A DNA stretch of 64,000 nucleotides from Bacteroidota bacterium. Lineage in GTDB: Bacteria; Bacteroidota; Bacteroidia; Bacteroidales; FEN-979. The notes under the pieces were generated by a model. It was given only the letters and a program-made list of their open reading frames with translations. It had not been told where the DNA came from and did not search any database. Where the stretch lies: NCBI GenBank assembly GCA_026391735.1, contig JAPLDL010000016.1, positions 865 to 64,864 on the forward strand, given 5' to 3'. A program made the position numbers and the translations under genes. This document shows positions 1 through 11,201 of this stretch, piece by piece. How positions within the stretch are numbered: the first letter of the stretch is position 1; each line of letters starts with the position of its first letter.

Positions 1-239
1 AGAATTCCTTTGTAGGATAAAATAGCCTTAACTGTATCGGTAGGCTGGGCTCCTTTGTCAAGCCAGGTAATGGCTTTTTTGAAATCGATATCAATGTCGG
101 CTGGCCTTGTTAACGGGTTGTAGGTGCCAATTTTTTCGATAAACTTCCCATCCCGTGGTGCACGACCATCCGCAATGACAATGTGGTAGAAAGGCTGGCC
201 TCTCTTACCTCTTCTCTGTAACCTGATTTTGGTTGGCAT
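1..239 (-). CDS. rpsP: 30S ribosomal protein S16 (partial; C-terminus lies beyond window edge)
   Basis: Reverse translation from the ATG at 239-237 reads [42 protein letters not shown]..., the canonical S16 N-terminus. It is missing from the ORF track because it is truncated by the window edge. Confidence 0.85.
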   Translation of the reverse strand, partial: MPTKIRLQRRGKRGQPFYHIVIADGRAPRDGKFIEKIGTYNPLTRPADIDIDFKKAITWLDKGAQPTDTVKAILSYKGI

Positions 240-345
240 ACCTAATTGATTGATTTAATGAATAATATATCTTAACACTTCCTGTTCAATGAAACAGGGG
301 TGCAAAGGTCGTGAAATAAAATTAATTTGCCAAAGACTAAACCAA

Positions 346-963
346 CTATTTATCGAACTTGATAAATTTATCCCTGGATGTATAACAAAATGCGCATTTA
401 TCTTCAGGTTTTGCCTGGTCATAGGTGTTGCCGCATTTCGGGCAGACCCAGTATACTTTCGGCAGGGACTTGACATCGTTCCTGGTTAAGGCATTGAGAG
501 CATTGGTGTAAATCTGGAAATGTTTCTTTTCAGTCTCCATAGCCCAGCGGAATGATTTTACCGCATCATTTGCATTCTCATCTTTTGCAGTCTGAATAAA
601 CCCGGGATACATCGTGGTCATCTCATAATTTTCACCTTTAATGGCTTCTTCAAGATTCTCTTTAGTTGTTTTAACTATGAACTGGGGAGTAAACTGGTCT
701 ACCTTTCCTCCCAGTTTCTCAATCACGGCTTTGTGGTTCAGGGCATGAACGGCTTCGGCTTTGGATGTTGCCCCGAACATAACAGCTATCGGGATAAAAC
801 CTTCTTTCCTTGCCTGTTCGGCAAATGCAGCATATTTCGCCGAGGCAGTGGATTCTCCCTTAAAGGCCGATTTCAGGTTATCAATTGTTTTTTCGGTTCC
901 GGCGTAAGCCGTAATCCCTGTAAAAAAAATAAGGATAAATGAAATGATACATCTGGTTTTCAT
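346..963 (-). CDS. rubrerythrin-family protein with N-terminal signal peptide
   Basis: Two ExxH di-iron motifs (EAVH, EKKH) plus partner Glu residues, and a C-terminal rubredoxin-like CPKC...CAFC pair. The N-terminus MKTRCIISFILIFFTGITAYAG looks like a cleavable signal peptide. Confidence 0.85.
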   Translation of the reverse strand: MKTRCIISFILIFFTGITAYAGTEKTIDNLKSAFKGESTASAKYAAFAEQARKEGFIPIAVMFGATSKAEAVHALNHKAVIEKLGGKVDQFTPQFIVKTTKENLEEAIKGENYEMTTMYPGFIQTAKDENANDAVKSFRWAMETEKKHFQIYTNALNALTRNDVKSLPKVYWVCPKCGNTYDQAKPEDKCAFCYTSRDKFIKFDK

Positions 964-1010
964 AGAATATGGTTTTGATAATAGTGGTTCTCAAAAATGG
1001 AGTCTGATAC

Positions 1011-1445
1011 TTATAGTTGGATCATAAAATCGATGACAAGTTTTCCGCCAAGAAACCCTGTGACCGTGATAAAAATTACAGAAAGCAAGGATAAGCCGAA
1101 CGGTATGTATTTGTACAAAGTATTTTCGGTTTTCTGGTAAACAAGAATGATCCTGGCAACAGTTGCAACAATGACAGCAATGAGGGCAAAAGTCGCAAAC
1201 AGCTCATGTTGCTCCTTGATCTGCATGGCTTCGCCTTCCATCTGGGTCGTGCCGGCAATAAAATGACCTGTTCCCCAGGCTGCTATTGCTCCAAGCATGC
1301 CCAGGATCTGAAGATAATATGCCGCGGTGGACAAACAGGGTTCTTTTTTATACAACAATGCGACCAGGTCGAACAAAAAAGCGACGGTAATAAGTGCTAT
1401 CGGAAAATGAACCGACAAAGGATGAAAATGTGAAACAGGTATCAT
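1011..1445 (-). CDS. DUF2231-like integral membrane protein
   Basis: 144 aa with about four hydrophobic helices. The N-terminal HPLSVHFPIAL motif is typical of DUF2231 membrane proteins. It lies 47 bp upstream of the rubrerythrin gene on the same strand. Confidence 0.6.
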   Translation of the reverse strand: MIPVSHFHPLSVHFPIALITVAFLFDLVALLYKKEPCLSTAAYYLQILGMLGAIAAWGTGHFIAGTTQMEGEAMQIKEQHELFATFALIAVIVATVARIILVYQKTENTLYKYIPFGLSLLSVIFITVTGFLGGKLVIDFMIQL

Positions 1446-1557
1446 GGTGTTGAGTTTAAAGCAAAATTATGAAAAAAACGGAAATGATGCAAGTTCCGGC
1501 CTGTACAGGCAGTTATTTTAAGTTTTCAACAATCATTTAATGAACATAATTATCAGG

Positions 1558-1565
1558 TATTTTTG
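1558..1565 (+). promoter_or_regulatory. Bacteroidetes-type -7 promoter box (TATTTTTG) for dnaE
   Basis: Matches the TAnnTTTG consensus 36 nt upstream of the dnaE ATG. Confidence 0.5.
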
Positions 1566-1600
1566 ATTTCCGTTAATCCTCCCTTATCACTTTATTTAAG

Positions 1601-4600
1601 ATGCTGAATTTTACCCATTTACATGTTCATTCCCAATATTCCATACTGGATGGCGCCTGTGACCTGAAAGATCTGGTAGAGAAAGCATCTAAGCTTGGTA
1701 TGAAGGGAGTAGCCGTAACCGATCATGGAAACCTGTTTGGCGCAAAAGCATTTTTGGAAGCCGCCGGTGTCATTCCTGGTTTCAAACCTGTGATCGGTTG
1801 TGAAACTTATGTTTCAAAGAGGTCTCGTTTCGAGAAAGTTGATCCTTCCGACCGAAAGGGTGAGCATCTTATCCTTTTAGCAAAGAATCTGATCGGGTAT
1901 CAGAACCTGGTAAAGTTAATTTCTTCTGCATGGACCGAAGGATTTTATTATAAACCAAGAATCGACAAACAGATACTGAAGGATCACCATGAAGGGATCA
2001 TTGCCAGCTCGGCTTGCCTTGCCGGGGAGATCCCGAGGGCTATTCAGGCTGGTAATATAGCCAGGGCCGAAGCCGCGATCGCCGAATACAAGGAGCTTTT
2101 CGGCGACGATTTTTATTTGGAGCTGATGAGGCATAAAGCTACCGATCCCACCCGCGATGCAAGTGTTTATGACAGGCAGGCCGAAGTGTGCAAAGTTTTG
2201 ATTGATCTTTCCAGAAAATTCAAAGTCAAGCTGATAGCCAGCAATGATGTGCATTTTTTGAATGAGGAGGATGCAGAAATGCATGACCGTCTGCTCTGTG
2301 TTAATACCGGGAAATTCATGGATGATCCTGACCGTTTACGATACACCGGTCAGGAATGGTTGAAAAGCCAGGAAGAAATGTACACTCTTTTCCAGGATAT
2401 TCCCGAAGCCCTGGAAAATACCATGGAGATTCTGGATAAAGTTGAAGTTTATGACCTGAACAGGGACCCCATCATGCCCGACTTCCCTATTCCTGATAAT
2501 TTTACCGATGCAGATGAATATCTCAGACATCTTACGTACAATGGGGCTGAACGAAGGTACCCGGAAATTACATCCGAAATAAGGGAAAGAATTGATTTTG
2601 AGCTGGCTGTTATAAAGAAAATGGGTTATCCCGGATATTTTCTCATTGTCCAGGATTTTCTGAATGCGGCCAGGGAAATGGGTGTTGCGGTAGGACCGGG
2701 CCGAGGATCTGCAGCAGGTTCGGTTGTTGCCTTTGCAACACGTATAACCGACGTTGACCCATTGAAATACAACCTCCTGTTCGAACGGTTCCTGAATCCC
2801 GACCGTGTGTCTTTACCTGATATTGACATAGATTTTGACGAGGACGGTCGTGACAGGGTTCTCAAATGGGTTGTAAATAAATACGGGCGCGATAAAGTTG
2901 CACAGGTCATCACCTTCGGCAAAATGGCTGCCAAGGGTGCTTTAAGGGATGTCGGACGTGTTCATCGAATGCCAATCGATCAGGTCAATGCCCTCACCAA
3001 ACTGATCCCCACAAGGCAGGGAATCACCCTTAAAGCAGCCATCGAAGAAGTACCGGAACTCAAGGCTGCCAAGCTGTCCTCCAATCCACTTATTTCAGAA
3101 ACACTGAAATATGCTGTAAAGCTTGAAGGATCGATCCGTCAAACCGGACTTCATGCCTGCGGTATCATAATCGGTCGGGATGACCTTACCCAGCATATCC
3201 CGGTTGCTACCAGTAAAGAATCGGAATTACTTGTAACCCAGTTCGATGGCGATTATATTGAGAAGGTGGGAATGCTTAAAATGGATTTCCTCGGTCTGAA
3301 AACTCTCGCCATCATAAAAGATGCTATCAGCAATATAAAACTGTCGAAAGGGATTGAAGTGGATATTGAAACCATTCCGTTTGACGATCCTTTTACATAT
3401 GAATTATTCAGCCTGGGTAAAACAACCGGAATATTCCAGTTTGAATCGGACGGTATGAAGAAATATCTGAGAGAGCTTAAACCCAACCAGATAGAGGATC
3501 TTATCGCCATGAATGCCCTCTACCGTCCAGGCCCGATGGAATATATTCCAAGGTTTATTAACCGTAAGCATGGCAGGGAAAAGATCGAATACGATATCCC
3601 TGCCATGGAAAAATATCTTAAGGATACATACGGCATTACCGTTTACCAGGAGCAAGTTATGCTGTTATCCCAGGAACTCGCAGGTTTTACCAAGGGTCAG
3701 GCCGATTCGTTGCGAAAAGCCATGGGAAAGAAGGTTGAGAAGATAATGAATGAGCTCAAACCCAAGTTTTTCGAAGGCTGTAAGAAAAACGGGATCCATG
3801 AAGAGACAGTTAACAAGATATGGAAAGACTGGGAAGCCTTTGCAAATTATGCCTTTAACAAATCCCATTCCACCTGTTATGCATATGTAGCATACCGCCA
3901 GGGTTATCTCAAAGCGCATTATCCTGCCGAATTCATGGCCGCCATACTTAGCAGGAACCTCACTGACCTGAAAGAGATCACCCTGTTCCTTGATGAATGC
4001 AAGAGAATGGGGATAGCTGTTCTTGGTCCTGATGTGAATGAGAGCGAGAACAAGTTCACAGTGAACCGAAAGGGAGAGATCCGGTTCGGTATGGCTGGTA
4101 TTAAAAATGTTGGTGAAGCCGCGGTCATGGCCATTACCGGCGAAAGAAAGAAAAATGGCCCTTTTACCAGTATTTTTGATTTTACACGGCGGATATCATC
4201 CCACCATATTAACAAACGTTGTATGGAAGCACTGGCAAAAGCGGGTGCATTTGATTGCTTTGAAGGGATGCACCGTGCACAGCTTTTTCATAAGGAAAAC
4301 GGGGATGAATCAACCTTTCTTGAAAGCGTGATCAGGCATGCAACAGATTATCATTCAAGAAAATCCAGCTCTCAGCAATCGCTTTTCGGGGAAGCAGAAG
4401 AAGTTGAAATGGTTGACCTTAAGTTGCCCGATTGCCCTCCTTGGTCCAGGCTTGAACAGTTGAGATATGAAAAGGAGATTACAGGTTTTTATATGAGCGG
4501 ACATCCTCTTGACGACTACAAACTTGAGATCGAGCACTTCTGCAACGTCACAACCGAGCAGCTTAAAGCCGACATGAGGCCGTTTAAAGGAAAGGAAGTC

Positions 4601-5095
4601 AGCTTTGCCGGGACAGTAATCAACGCGACTCATAAGACAGGGAAAAACGGCAAGCTATTCGGCTCCTTTGTCATTGAAGATTATCTGGATTTTATCTCTG
4701 TTTCCCTGTTTTCTGAAGATTACCTTCGGCTTAAACATTTCATGGAAGAAGGCCAGCATGTTTTTATCAAGGTAAGGATTGAACCCCGATTTGATAATCC
4801 TGACCAACTCACCCTGAAGGTGGTCCATGTATCACTTTTGGCCGAAGTACTCGAAAAAAATGCCAGAATACTCACCCTCACATTCCCTGTATCTCAACTG
4901 AATGAAAATACAGTTGAAGAGATCCAGACGCTTGTAAAAAAACAGAAAGGCAAGTGTCATCTGAAAATAAGGATCTTTGATCCGGAAGAATCCTTCAATA
5001 TTGAACTTCCGTCAAAAAAATTCAGGGTCAATGCCAAGGAAATGATCCAGGCTGTCATGGATTTTCCAGGGATAAGCTTTCATCTTTCAGAATAA
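1601..5095 (+). CDS. dnaE: DNA polymerase III alpha subunit
   Basis: 1164 aa. N-terminal PHP domain (FTHLHVHSQYSILDGA), polymerase core (GYPGYFLIVQDF, LPDIDIDF) and a C-terminal OB-fold region. Confidence 0.97.
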   Translation: MLNFTHLHVHSQYSILDGACDLKDLVEKASKLGMKGVAVTDHGNLFGAKAFLEAAGVIPGFKPVIGCETYVSKRSRFEKVDPSDRKGEHLILLAKNLIGYQNLVKLISSAWTEGFYYKPRIDKQILKDHHEGIIASSACLAGEIPRAIQAGNIARAEAAIAEYKELFGDDFYLELMRHKATDPTRDASVYDRQAEVCKVLIDLSRKFKVKLIASNDVHFLNEEDAEMHDRLLCVNTGKFMDDPDRLRYTGQEWLKSQEEMYTLFQDIPEALENTMEILDKVEVYDLNRDPIMPDFPIPDNFTDADEYLRHLTYNGAERRYPEITSEIRERIDFELAVIKKMGYPGYFLIVQDFLNAAREMGVAVGPGRGSAAGSVVAFATRITDVDPLKYNLLFERFLNPDRVSLPDIDIDFDEDGRDRVLKWVVNKYGRDKVAQVITFGKMAAKGALRDVGRVHRMPIDQVNALTKLIPTRQGITLKAAIEEVPELKAAKLSSNPLISETLKYAVKLEGSIRQTGLHACGIIIGRDDLTQHIPVATSKESELLVTQFDGDYIEKVGMLKMDFLGLKTLAIIKDAISNIKLSKGIEVDIETIPFDDPFTYELFSLGKTTGIFQFESDGMKKYLRELKPNQIEDLIAMNALYRPGPMEYIPRFINRKHGREKIEYDIPAMEKYLKDTYGITVYQEQVMLLSQELAGFTKGQADSLRKAMGKKVEKIMNELKPKFFEGCKKNGIHEETVNKIWKDWEAFANYAFNKSHSTCYAYVAYRQGYLKAHYPAEFMAAILSRNLTDLKEITLFLDECKRMGIAVLGPDVNESENKFTVNRKGEIRFGMAGIKNVGEAAVMAITGERKKNGPFTSIFDFTRRISSHHINKRCMEALAKAGAFDCFEGMHRAQLFHKENGDESTFLESVIRHATDYHSRKSSSQQSLFGEAEEVEMVDLKLPDCPPWSRLEQLRYEKEITGFYMSGHPLDDYKLEIEHFCNVTTEQLKADMRPFKGKEVSFAGTVINATHKTGKNGKLFGSFVIEDYLDFISVSLFSEDYLRLKHFMEEGQHVFIKVRIEPRFDNPDQLTLKVVHVSLLAEVLEKNARILTLTFPVSQLNENTVEEIQTLVKKQKGKCHLKIRIFDPEESFNIELPSKKFRVNAKEMIQAVMDFPGISFHLSE

Positions 5096-5111
5096 AATGA
5101 AAATGATTTAT

Positions 5112-5119
5112 TAATTTTG
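5112..5119 (+). promoter_or_regulatory. -7 promoter box (TAATTTTG) for trxA
   Basis: TAnnTTTG match 16 nt upstream of the ATG at 5135. It overlaps the TTG start used by the ORF track, which argues for the ATG start. Confidence 0.5.
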
Positions 5120-5134
5120 CTTAAAATTTATACT

Positions 5135-5452
5135 ATGTTTGAAACATTCACTGATGCCAATTTCGCTGAAAAAGTTGAAAAATCTGATAAATTAGCTGTT
5201 GTTGATCTCTCCGCTGAATGGTGTGGCCCTTGCCGCATGGTAAGTCCTATTATTCATGAACTTGCAACCGAATATGAAGGCAGGATAGTGGCCGGAGAAC
5301 TCAATGTGGATGAAAATCCTACCACTACTGCAAAATTCAGAATCCGTAATATTCCTACAGTTCTGTTCATTAAAAACGGAGAAGTTGTCGATAAGCAGGT
5401 TGGAGCTGTTCCCAAAGCTAATTATAAGAACCTGATAGAAAAATATATTTAA
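5135..5452 (+). CDS. trxA: thioredoxin
   Basis: WCGPC active site and typical ~105-aa thioredoxin length. ATG at 5135 is preferred over the upstream TTG at 5117. Confidence 0.93.
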   Translation: MFETFTDANFAEKVEKSDKLAVVDLSAEWCGPCRMVSPIIHELATEYEGRIVAGELNVDENPTTTAKFRIRNIPTVLFIKNGEVVDKQVGAVPKANYKNLIEKYI

Positions 5453-6385
5453 TTGCCTGTCCTCGACCAAAGTCAATTCGAACAATATTCCTCCCTTGAG
5501 TTCCTGGCCAGGCAGGTCGTTGAAGGGTTTATCACAGGGCTTCACAAAAGCCCTTTTCACGGTTTTTCCGTTGAGTTTGCAGAACATCGGCTATATAATA
5601 CCGGAGAGTCTATCAGGAATATTGACTGGAAGCTATTCGGCCGCAGCGATCGTTTATACGTTAAACGGTATGAAGAAGAGACCAACCTGAGATGCCAGGT
5701 CTTCATCGATACTTCTTCCTCGATGTATTACCCGGTTATTAAAAATCCTGATATCCGGACCCCTAATAAGATCACTTTTGCAATTCACCTCACAGCAGCT
5801 CTGCTCTTTCTTTTAAAGAAACAGCGTGATGCCTCAGGTTTAAGTTTTTTTTCCGATGCTATCGAACTTCATACCCAATGTAAGTCAAGTTCGGTCCATT
5901 ATAAATATCTGTATCAGGAATTGGAAAACTTATTGCATCCCATTTCTCCTGAAACTCGAAAGAAAACTGGATTGGCCAGGGTGATCCATGAGCTGGCTGA
6001 AAGGATCCACCGGCGGTCTCTAGTGCTGATTTTCAGTGATATGTTTGAAAATTCATCCGAGACTGAGGAACTGTTTTCGGCACTTCAGCACCTGAGGCAT
6101 AACAAGCATGAGGTAGTTCTTTTTCATGTCGTCGACAAAAGGAAGGAGATGGCTTTTGATTTTGAAAACCGGCCGTATAAGTTCGTCGATATAGAATCGG
6201 GGCAGGAAATAAAGCTGTTTCCTGAAGAAGTAAGGCAGAAATATCTTTCTAGTATTGAAACATTCAAAAAGGACCTGATCCTTCGCTGCGGACAATATAA
6301 CATAGACCTCGTTGAGGCCGATATTAATGCTTCATTCCACCAGGTGCTTTTACCATACCTGGTGAAAAGAAGCAGGATGTATTAA
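5453..6385 (+). CDS. DUF58 domain-containing protein (vWA-like, MoxR/Bat-associated family)
   Basis: LEFLARQVVEGFITGLHKSPFHGFSVEFAEHRLYNTGESIRNIDWKLFGRSDRLYVKRYEEET is the characteristic DUF58 N-terminal block. The start codon is a non-ATG (TTG). Confidence 0.8.
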   Translation: MPVLDQSQFEQYSSLEFLARQVVEGFITGLHKSPFHGFSVEFAEHRLYNTGESIRNIDWKLFGRSDRLYVKRYEEETNLRCQVFIDTSSSMYYPVIKNPDIRTPNKITFAIHLTAALLFLLKKQRDASGLSFFSDAIELHTQCKSSSVHYKYLYQELENLLHPISPETRKKTGLARVIHELAERIHRRSLVLIFSDMFENSSETEELFSALQHLRHNKHEVVLFHVVDKRKEMAFDFENRPYKFVDIESGQEIKLFPEEVRQKYLSSIETFKKDLILRCGQYNIDLVEADINASFHQVLLPYLVKRSRMY

Positions 6386-6407
6386 TTCTCTGTTGCTTGA
6401 TTTTTCC

Positions 6408-6415
6408 TACCTTTG
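6408..6415 (+). promoter_or_regulatory. -7 promoter box (TACCTTTG) for valS
   Basis: TAnnTTTG match 25 nt upstream of the ATG at 6440. Confidence 0.5.
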
Positions 6416-6439
6416 CGCCCTGTTTTCAAAAAGCGTCTC

Positions 6440-9079
6440 ATGGAAATTGCTACAAAATACGATCCGTCGAGTGTTGAAGATAAATGGTATCGCTTCTGGA
6501 TGGAAAATGGGTTTTTCAGGTCTGTCCCTGATGAGAGGGAGCCGTATTGCATTGTGATCCCCCCTCCGAATGTGACCGGTGTTCTTCATATGGGGCATAT
6601 GCTTAATAATACCATTCAGGATATACTGGTCCGCCGTGCCCGTATGCTTGGCAAGAATGCGTGCTGGGTACCCGGAACCGACCATGCTTCAATTGCCACC
6701 GAAGCAAAGGTTGTCGCAAAACTCCGGGAACAGGGGATAGACAAATCAAGCCTGAGCAGGGAGGAATTCCTCGCCCATGCATGGGAATGGAAGGAAAAAC
6801 ACGGAGGTATAATCCTTGAACAACTGAAGAAACTTGGTGCATCCTGTGATTGGGACCGCACCTGTTTTACAATGGATGAGGCTCGCTTTGAAACGGTCAT
6901 TGATGTCTTCATCGACCTGTATAATAAAGGTCTGATTTATCGCGGAGCCCGCATGATAAACTGGGATCCCAAAGCCCTTACTGCAGTTTCGGATGAGGAA
7001 GTGATCTATAAAGAAGTCAAGTCAAAGCTGTACTATGTAAGATACAGAATTGAAGGAAGCAGTGATGAATGGATCACTATTGCGACAACAAGGCCTGAGA
7101 CCATACTTGGCGACACAGCCATTTGCGTTCACCCTGACGATGAAAGGTACGCGAATCTTAAAGGCCGGAAGATCCATGTTCCCCTGATCAACCGTGCGGT
7201 ACCTGTGATCTTTGATGAGTATGTAGACAAGGAATTCGGAACCGGAGCATTAAAAGTAACTCCTGCACACGATATAAACGACTATAACCTTGGCCTGAAA
7301 TATAATCTTGAAGTAGTCGATACCTTTAATCCCGATGGTACCTTAAGCGAAGCAGCCCAATTATATATTGGTGAAAACAGGTTCAAAGTACGCACGAAGA
7401 TCGTCAGGGACCTTGATACCGCCGGGCATATTGTAAAAATTGAGGACTATACCAATAAAGTAGGATATTCAGAAAGAACCGATGAGATCATTGAACCCAG
7501 GATCTCCGTCCAATGGTTCATGAAGATGAAGGAACTGGCAAAACCTGCGCTTGAAGTGGTTGAAAACGAAACCGTTCGTTTCCATCCGGCCAAATATAAG
7601 AATATGTACCGGCATTGGATGGGAAACGTTAACGACTGGTGCATATCAAGGCAGCTTCTCTGGGGGCACAGGATACCTGCATGGCACCTCCCCGACGGCA
7701 GTTTTGTGGTAGCTAAGACCCGCCACGAAGCATTCGAGCTGGCCAAATCCCGGATCCCGGATCCCGGATCCCGAATCACGATTGATGACCTTAAGCAGGA
7801 TGAAGATGTATTGGACACCTGGTTCTCCTCCTGGCTATGGCCCATATCGGTATTCGACGGGATAAGGCATCCCGACAATGCAGATATAAATTATTATTAC
7901 CCTACAGTTGACCTGGTGACAGCTCCTGAGATAATCTTCTTTTGGGTTGCCAGGATGATCATGGCAGGACTTTTATTCAGGAATGAGGTCCCTTTCAGAA
8001 ATGTCTATTTTACGGGTATTGTTCGTGACAAGCAGGGAAGAAAGATGTCAAAATCACTGGGAAATTCGCCAGAGCCGATTGAGCTGATAGGCAAATACGG
8101 AGCCGATGCCGTGCGTATGGGTATGTTGCTGTGTTCCCCGGCCGGCAATGATCTACTGTATGACGACAGCCTCGTTGAGCAGGGTAGAAATTTCTGTAAC
8201 AAAGTATGGAATGCCATGCGCCTGGTAAAAGGGTGGGAGACAGATCCCGGCCTTGAACAGCCCAAGTCAAACCAGGTTTCGGTTGAATGGTTCGATTCGG
8301 TATTGAATACAGCCCTTATTGATATCAATGAGCAGTTTACAAGATACAGGCTTTCAGAGGCGCTAAAGGATGTTTACAAACTAGTATGGGATGATTTCTG
8401 CTCCTGGTACCTTGAAATGATCAAGCCGGCTTTTCAAATGCCGGTCGACAGTAAAACTTACGATGCAACCCTGGTTTTTTTTGAGAAACTTATTCGGTTG
8501 ATGCATCCTTTTATGCCTTTCCTCACAGAAGAGATATTTCATGTGCTGCATAATTCTGGAGAGGCATCTATCATGCAGACAAGACTTCCCCTGTCAGGGG
8601 TAATCGATAACGGCCTGATAAGTGAGTTCGACTTCATCAGGCAGCTTGTAATGTCGGTGAGGGCGGTAAGGTCTGAGAAAAACATCCCCCAGAAGGAACA
8701 GATCCCGGTTTTCATCCGCAGTGAAAACAACAAAGGAAAAACCGGGCATTTTCATGACGTTGTAATCAAGTTGTGCAATTTATCGGAACTTCAGTATTCG
8801 CCTGATCAACCTGAAAGTTCGGTTTCATTCATTGTAGGGACCACCGAATGTTTTATCCCACTGCTTCAGAACATAAACCCTGAAGAAGAGATTAAAAAGC
8901 TTGAGGAGGAGATACAATACCAGCAAGGTTTTCTAAACACCGTCATGAAAAAGCTTGACAATGAGAGTTTTGTGAATAATGCTCCAGCCAGGGTGGTGGA
9001 TGCCGAGAAAAAGAAAAAGGCTGATGCGGAGTCCAGAATAGCGGTACTAAAGGATCAGGTTAACACGCTCAGGAATTAA
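6440..9079 (+). CDS. valS: valine--tRNA ligase
   Basis: Class I HIGH ([12 protein letters not shown]) and KMSKS motifs, an editing domain and a C-terminal coiled coil. ATG at 6440 ([17 protein letters not shown]) is preferred over the track start. Confidence 0.97.
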   Translation: MEIATKYDPSSVEDKWYRFWMENGFFRSVPDEREPYCIVIPPPNVTGVLHMGHMLNNTIQDILVRRARMLGKNACWVPGTDHASIATEAKVVAKLREQGIDKSSLSREEFLAHAWEWKEKHGGIILEQLKKLGASCDWDRTCFTMDEARFETVIDVFIDLYNKGLIYRGARMINWDPKALTAVSDEEVIYKEVKSKLYYVRYRIEGSSDEWITIATTRPETILGDTAICVHPDDERYANLKGRKIHVPLINRAVPVIFDEYVDKEFGTGALKVTPAHDINDYNLGLKYNLEVVDTFNPDGTLSEAAQLYIGENRFKVRTKIVRDLDTAGHIVKIEDYTNKVGYSERTDEIIEPRISVQWFMKMKELAKPALEVVENETVRFHPAKYKNMYRHWMGNVNDWCISRQLLWGHRIPAWHLPDGSFVVAKTRHEAFELAKSRIPDPGSRITIDDLKQDEDVLDTWFSSWLWPISVFDGIRHPDNADINYYYPTVDLVTAPEIIFFWVARMIMAGLLFRNEVPFRNVYFTGIVRDKQGRKMSKSLGNSPEPIELIGKYGADAVRMGMLLCSPAGNDLLYDDSLVEQGRNFCNKVWNAMRLVKGWETDPGLEQPKSNQVSVEWFDSVLNTALIDINEQFTRYRLSEALKDVYKLVWDDFCSWYLEMIKPAFQMPVDSKTYDATLVFFEKLIRLMHPFMPFLTEEIFHVLHNSGEASIMQTRLPLSGVIDNGLISEFDFIRQLVMSVRAVRSEKNIPQKEQIPVFIRSENNKGKTGHFHDVVIKLCNLSELQYSPDQPESSVSFIVGTTECFIPLLQNINPEEEIKKLEEEIQYQQGFLNTVMKKLDNESFVNNAPARVVDAEKKKKADAESRIAVLKDQVNTLRN
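7747..7774 (+). repeat. heptamer tandem repeat (ATCCCGG x3 + ATCCCGA) inside valS
   Basis: Direct reading gives atcccgg atcccgg atcccgg atcccga, encoding [11 protein letters not shown] in a surface-insertion region of ValRS. Confidence 0.9.
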
Positions 9080-10872
9080 GGGATTGCATCATAGACCATC
9101 TCGGCTATATCCTTTACTTCGGTACCAGAATGTTTGGCGAAGGTCTTCTTGCAAAGAGGGCAGGCCGTTACCAGGAAATCCGGCTCATGTTCAAGAAGGG
9201 AATGCAGGGCATTACGGGTCACTTCATCTTTACTTTGAACAGAAGTATTCATAAGCCCCAGGCTTCCTCCGCAACAAAGCGCATTGGCACACTCTTTTTC
9301 TGACGGAAGAAGATCTGATATCTTTCCTAAAAGCTCCCTTGGGGCTGAATATATATTACCTCCTCTTCCAAGGTCACAGGGATCATGGTAAACTACTTTG
9401 CGGTGCTGGCTTTGAAGGGGTATCTTCCCGTTCCTGACCAGGTCAAGAAGGTATTGGGAATGATGCTGGATCCTTATCGGCAGGTTATATTCTTCCCTGA
9501 AAATTTTGTAACAGATAGGGCAGGATGTCACCAGGAGCCTGGCCCGTGTCTGGCGGATAAGGGTTTTATTGAACTCCATCAGTTCGTTGGCCTGTTTATC
9601 TTTACCGGCGAGCATTAAAGGCCTGCCGCAGCAGATACTTCCGTCCCGGTCCAGAAAAAGGTAATTGACACCGGCTGCCGTGAATAACCCTTCCATAGCA
9701 ATAGTAATTGAAGGTGTGAGGTGCGACATGCAACCGGCAAAATAGACGACATCAGCAAAGCCCGGATGAGAGCTGGCAATATAGGAAAAGTCTGATACCT
9801 GTCCTGACCCGATCTCTCTTCGTTTAATAAGTCTTAAGGAATCCACTTTTATGCCGACAGGGCAGACTTCCTGGCAGCGGCCGCAAAGCATGCAGGTCAG
9901 AGCAATATTTTCAGGTATATACTGATCTCTTTGTCCCCTGATTAGGTAAACGGCTTGAATATTGTTGATCCCGGCGGCGAAGTTTAGCTGGCAGGCATCG
10001 ATACATACTCCGCAGCGGGAGCAGGAGTAAACTTCAAGGTCGGAGAAAGCCGAACCCCATTTTTTGGGCTGGATACCACAATGCCTGAAAACTATGAGCA
10101 GCAGTTCCGACGGGATATGCATATACCTCGAATAGGGCATCATGATGAAGAACAGACCCAGTACAAGGGAGTATGACCACCAGAAGAAATAAGCGATGAG
10201 TTCGGCAGGGCCCGGTGTAACTGCTATCAGAAGGTTCCCCAGATTTTGTGTAAGAAATCCTCCGCCTCCATGGAAATATCCGGCTGTATAACTTTCGGCA
10301 AGGAGCCGCATTGGAAAGATCAGCCACAGGCAGGTCAGTATGACCCGGTCGAAAAGGCTGTGCCGGGTCGTTTGTTTCATCCCGAACCAATTGGACTGTT
10401 TTCGCTTTACCAGGGCAAGAACAAGTCCGCTCAGGACAAAAAGAAGAAGGAAGTCCATCATAAAGCGGAAGAAAGCCGGGACTGTGAAAATTTCAAAAAA
10501 CAAAACGAGACGGTCGTGAATGAAAAATTTCAGGAAAATGGGATAGTAGGGGGCGTTGAAATGAGCGCCGTGATATACCCTCGATTCGAGGTTCCCCATG
10601 ACAATCAGAAGGAACCAGCCCAGAGCAAAACTCATATGCATGTATCCCAGGAGAGGATTACGTTTCCATAGCTTCCTGTGGATCAGCCCTTCAAGAAAAA
10701 TTTCTTTCAGGGAGGCAAAAACTTTTGAAGGTGTTCTGATACCCGTTGAAAGTTTGACTTTATCTAAAGCAGGTAAAGCTTTGATCCAACGGTAATAATG
10801 CATAATAATGCTATAGACTATATAAATTAGTCCCAGGCTGAAAGGCAGAACAAAGAGGTTAAATTTTATCAT
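9076..10872 (-). CDS. membrane-bound Hdr-like (Fe-S) oxidoreductase: NarI/DsrM/HdrE-like TM domain fused to an HdrD/DsrK-like module
   Basis: N-terminal ~270 aa are multi-TM with conserved His residues ([20 protein letters not shown]). These are followed by two 4Fe-4S motifs ([23 protein letters not shown]) and two CCG domains (CCGRP...CPIC; CCGGS...CPLC). Confidence 0.75.
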   Translation of the reverse strand: MIKFNLFVLPFSLGLIYIVYSIIMHYYRWIKALPALDKVKLSTGIRTPSKVFASLKEIFLEGLIHRKLWKRNPLLGYMHMSFALGWFLLIVMGNLESRVYHGAHFNAPYYPIFLKFFIHDRLVLFFEIFTVPAFFRFMMDFLLLFVLSGLVLALVKRKQSNWFGMKQTTRHSLFDRVILTCLWLIFPMRLLAESYTAGYFHGGGGFLTQNLGNLLIAVTPGPAELIAYFFWWSYSLVLGLFFIMMPYSRYMHIPSELLLIVFRHCGIQPKKWGSAFSDLEVYSCSRCGVCIDACQLNFAAGINNIQAVYLIRGQRDQYIPENIALTCMLCGRCQEVCPVGIKVDSLRLIKRREIGSGQVSDFSYIASSHPGFADVVYFAGCMSHLTPSITIAMEGLFTAAGVNYLFLDRDGSICCGRPLMLAGKDKQANELMEFNKTLIRQTRARLLVTSCPICYKIFREEYNLPIRIQHHSQYLLDLVRNGKIPLQSQHRKVVYHDPCDLGRGGNIYSAPRELLGKISDLLPSEKECANALCCGGSLGLMNTSVQSKDEVTRNALHSLLEHEPDFLVTACPLCKKTFAKHSGTEVKDIAEMVYDAIP

Positions 10873-11201
10873 CCCAGTTGCTCAATAGCACGGTTCATAG
10901 CCAGGATCAGATTCCTCAGGTTAACTCCTCTCGGGCAGACCAGCTGGCATTTACCGCAGAACATGCATTTCTTTAATTCAGCTTTTATAGTTTCATTGTC
11001 TCCCCTTTGAATGAGCGTATGCAGTTTCCTGATATTAAATCCGGTAAAATGACCTGCAGAGCAGGTTGCGGTGCAGCTTCCGCAACCGATGCATACATCC
11101 AGGGAAGGTTCCATGGCCCTGACTATCCTGAGGAAGCGGAAGTCCCCCCGGTCATAGTCAAGCTGCCTGTCCCTGGTGAGGGTATATCCGAAGTCAATCA
11201 T
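10869..11201 (-). CDS. 4Fe-4S dicluster protein (HdrC-like small ferredoxin)
   Basis: 110 aa with CIGCGSCTATC and CMFCGKCQLVCP cluster motifs. It overlaps both neighbouring genes, suggesting translational coupling. Confidence 0.7.
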   Translation of the reverse strand: MIDFGYTLTRDRQLDYDRGDFRFLRIVRAMEPSLDVCIGCGSCTATCSAGHFTGFNIRKLHTLIQRGDNETIKAELKKCMFCGKCQLVCPRGVNLRNLILAMNRAIEQLG

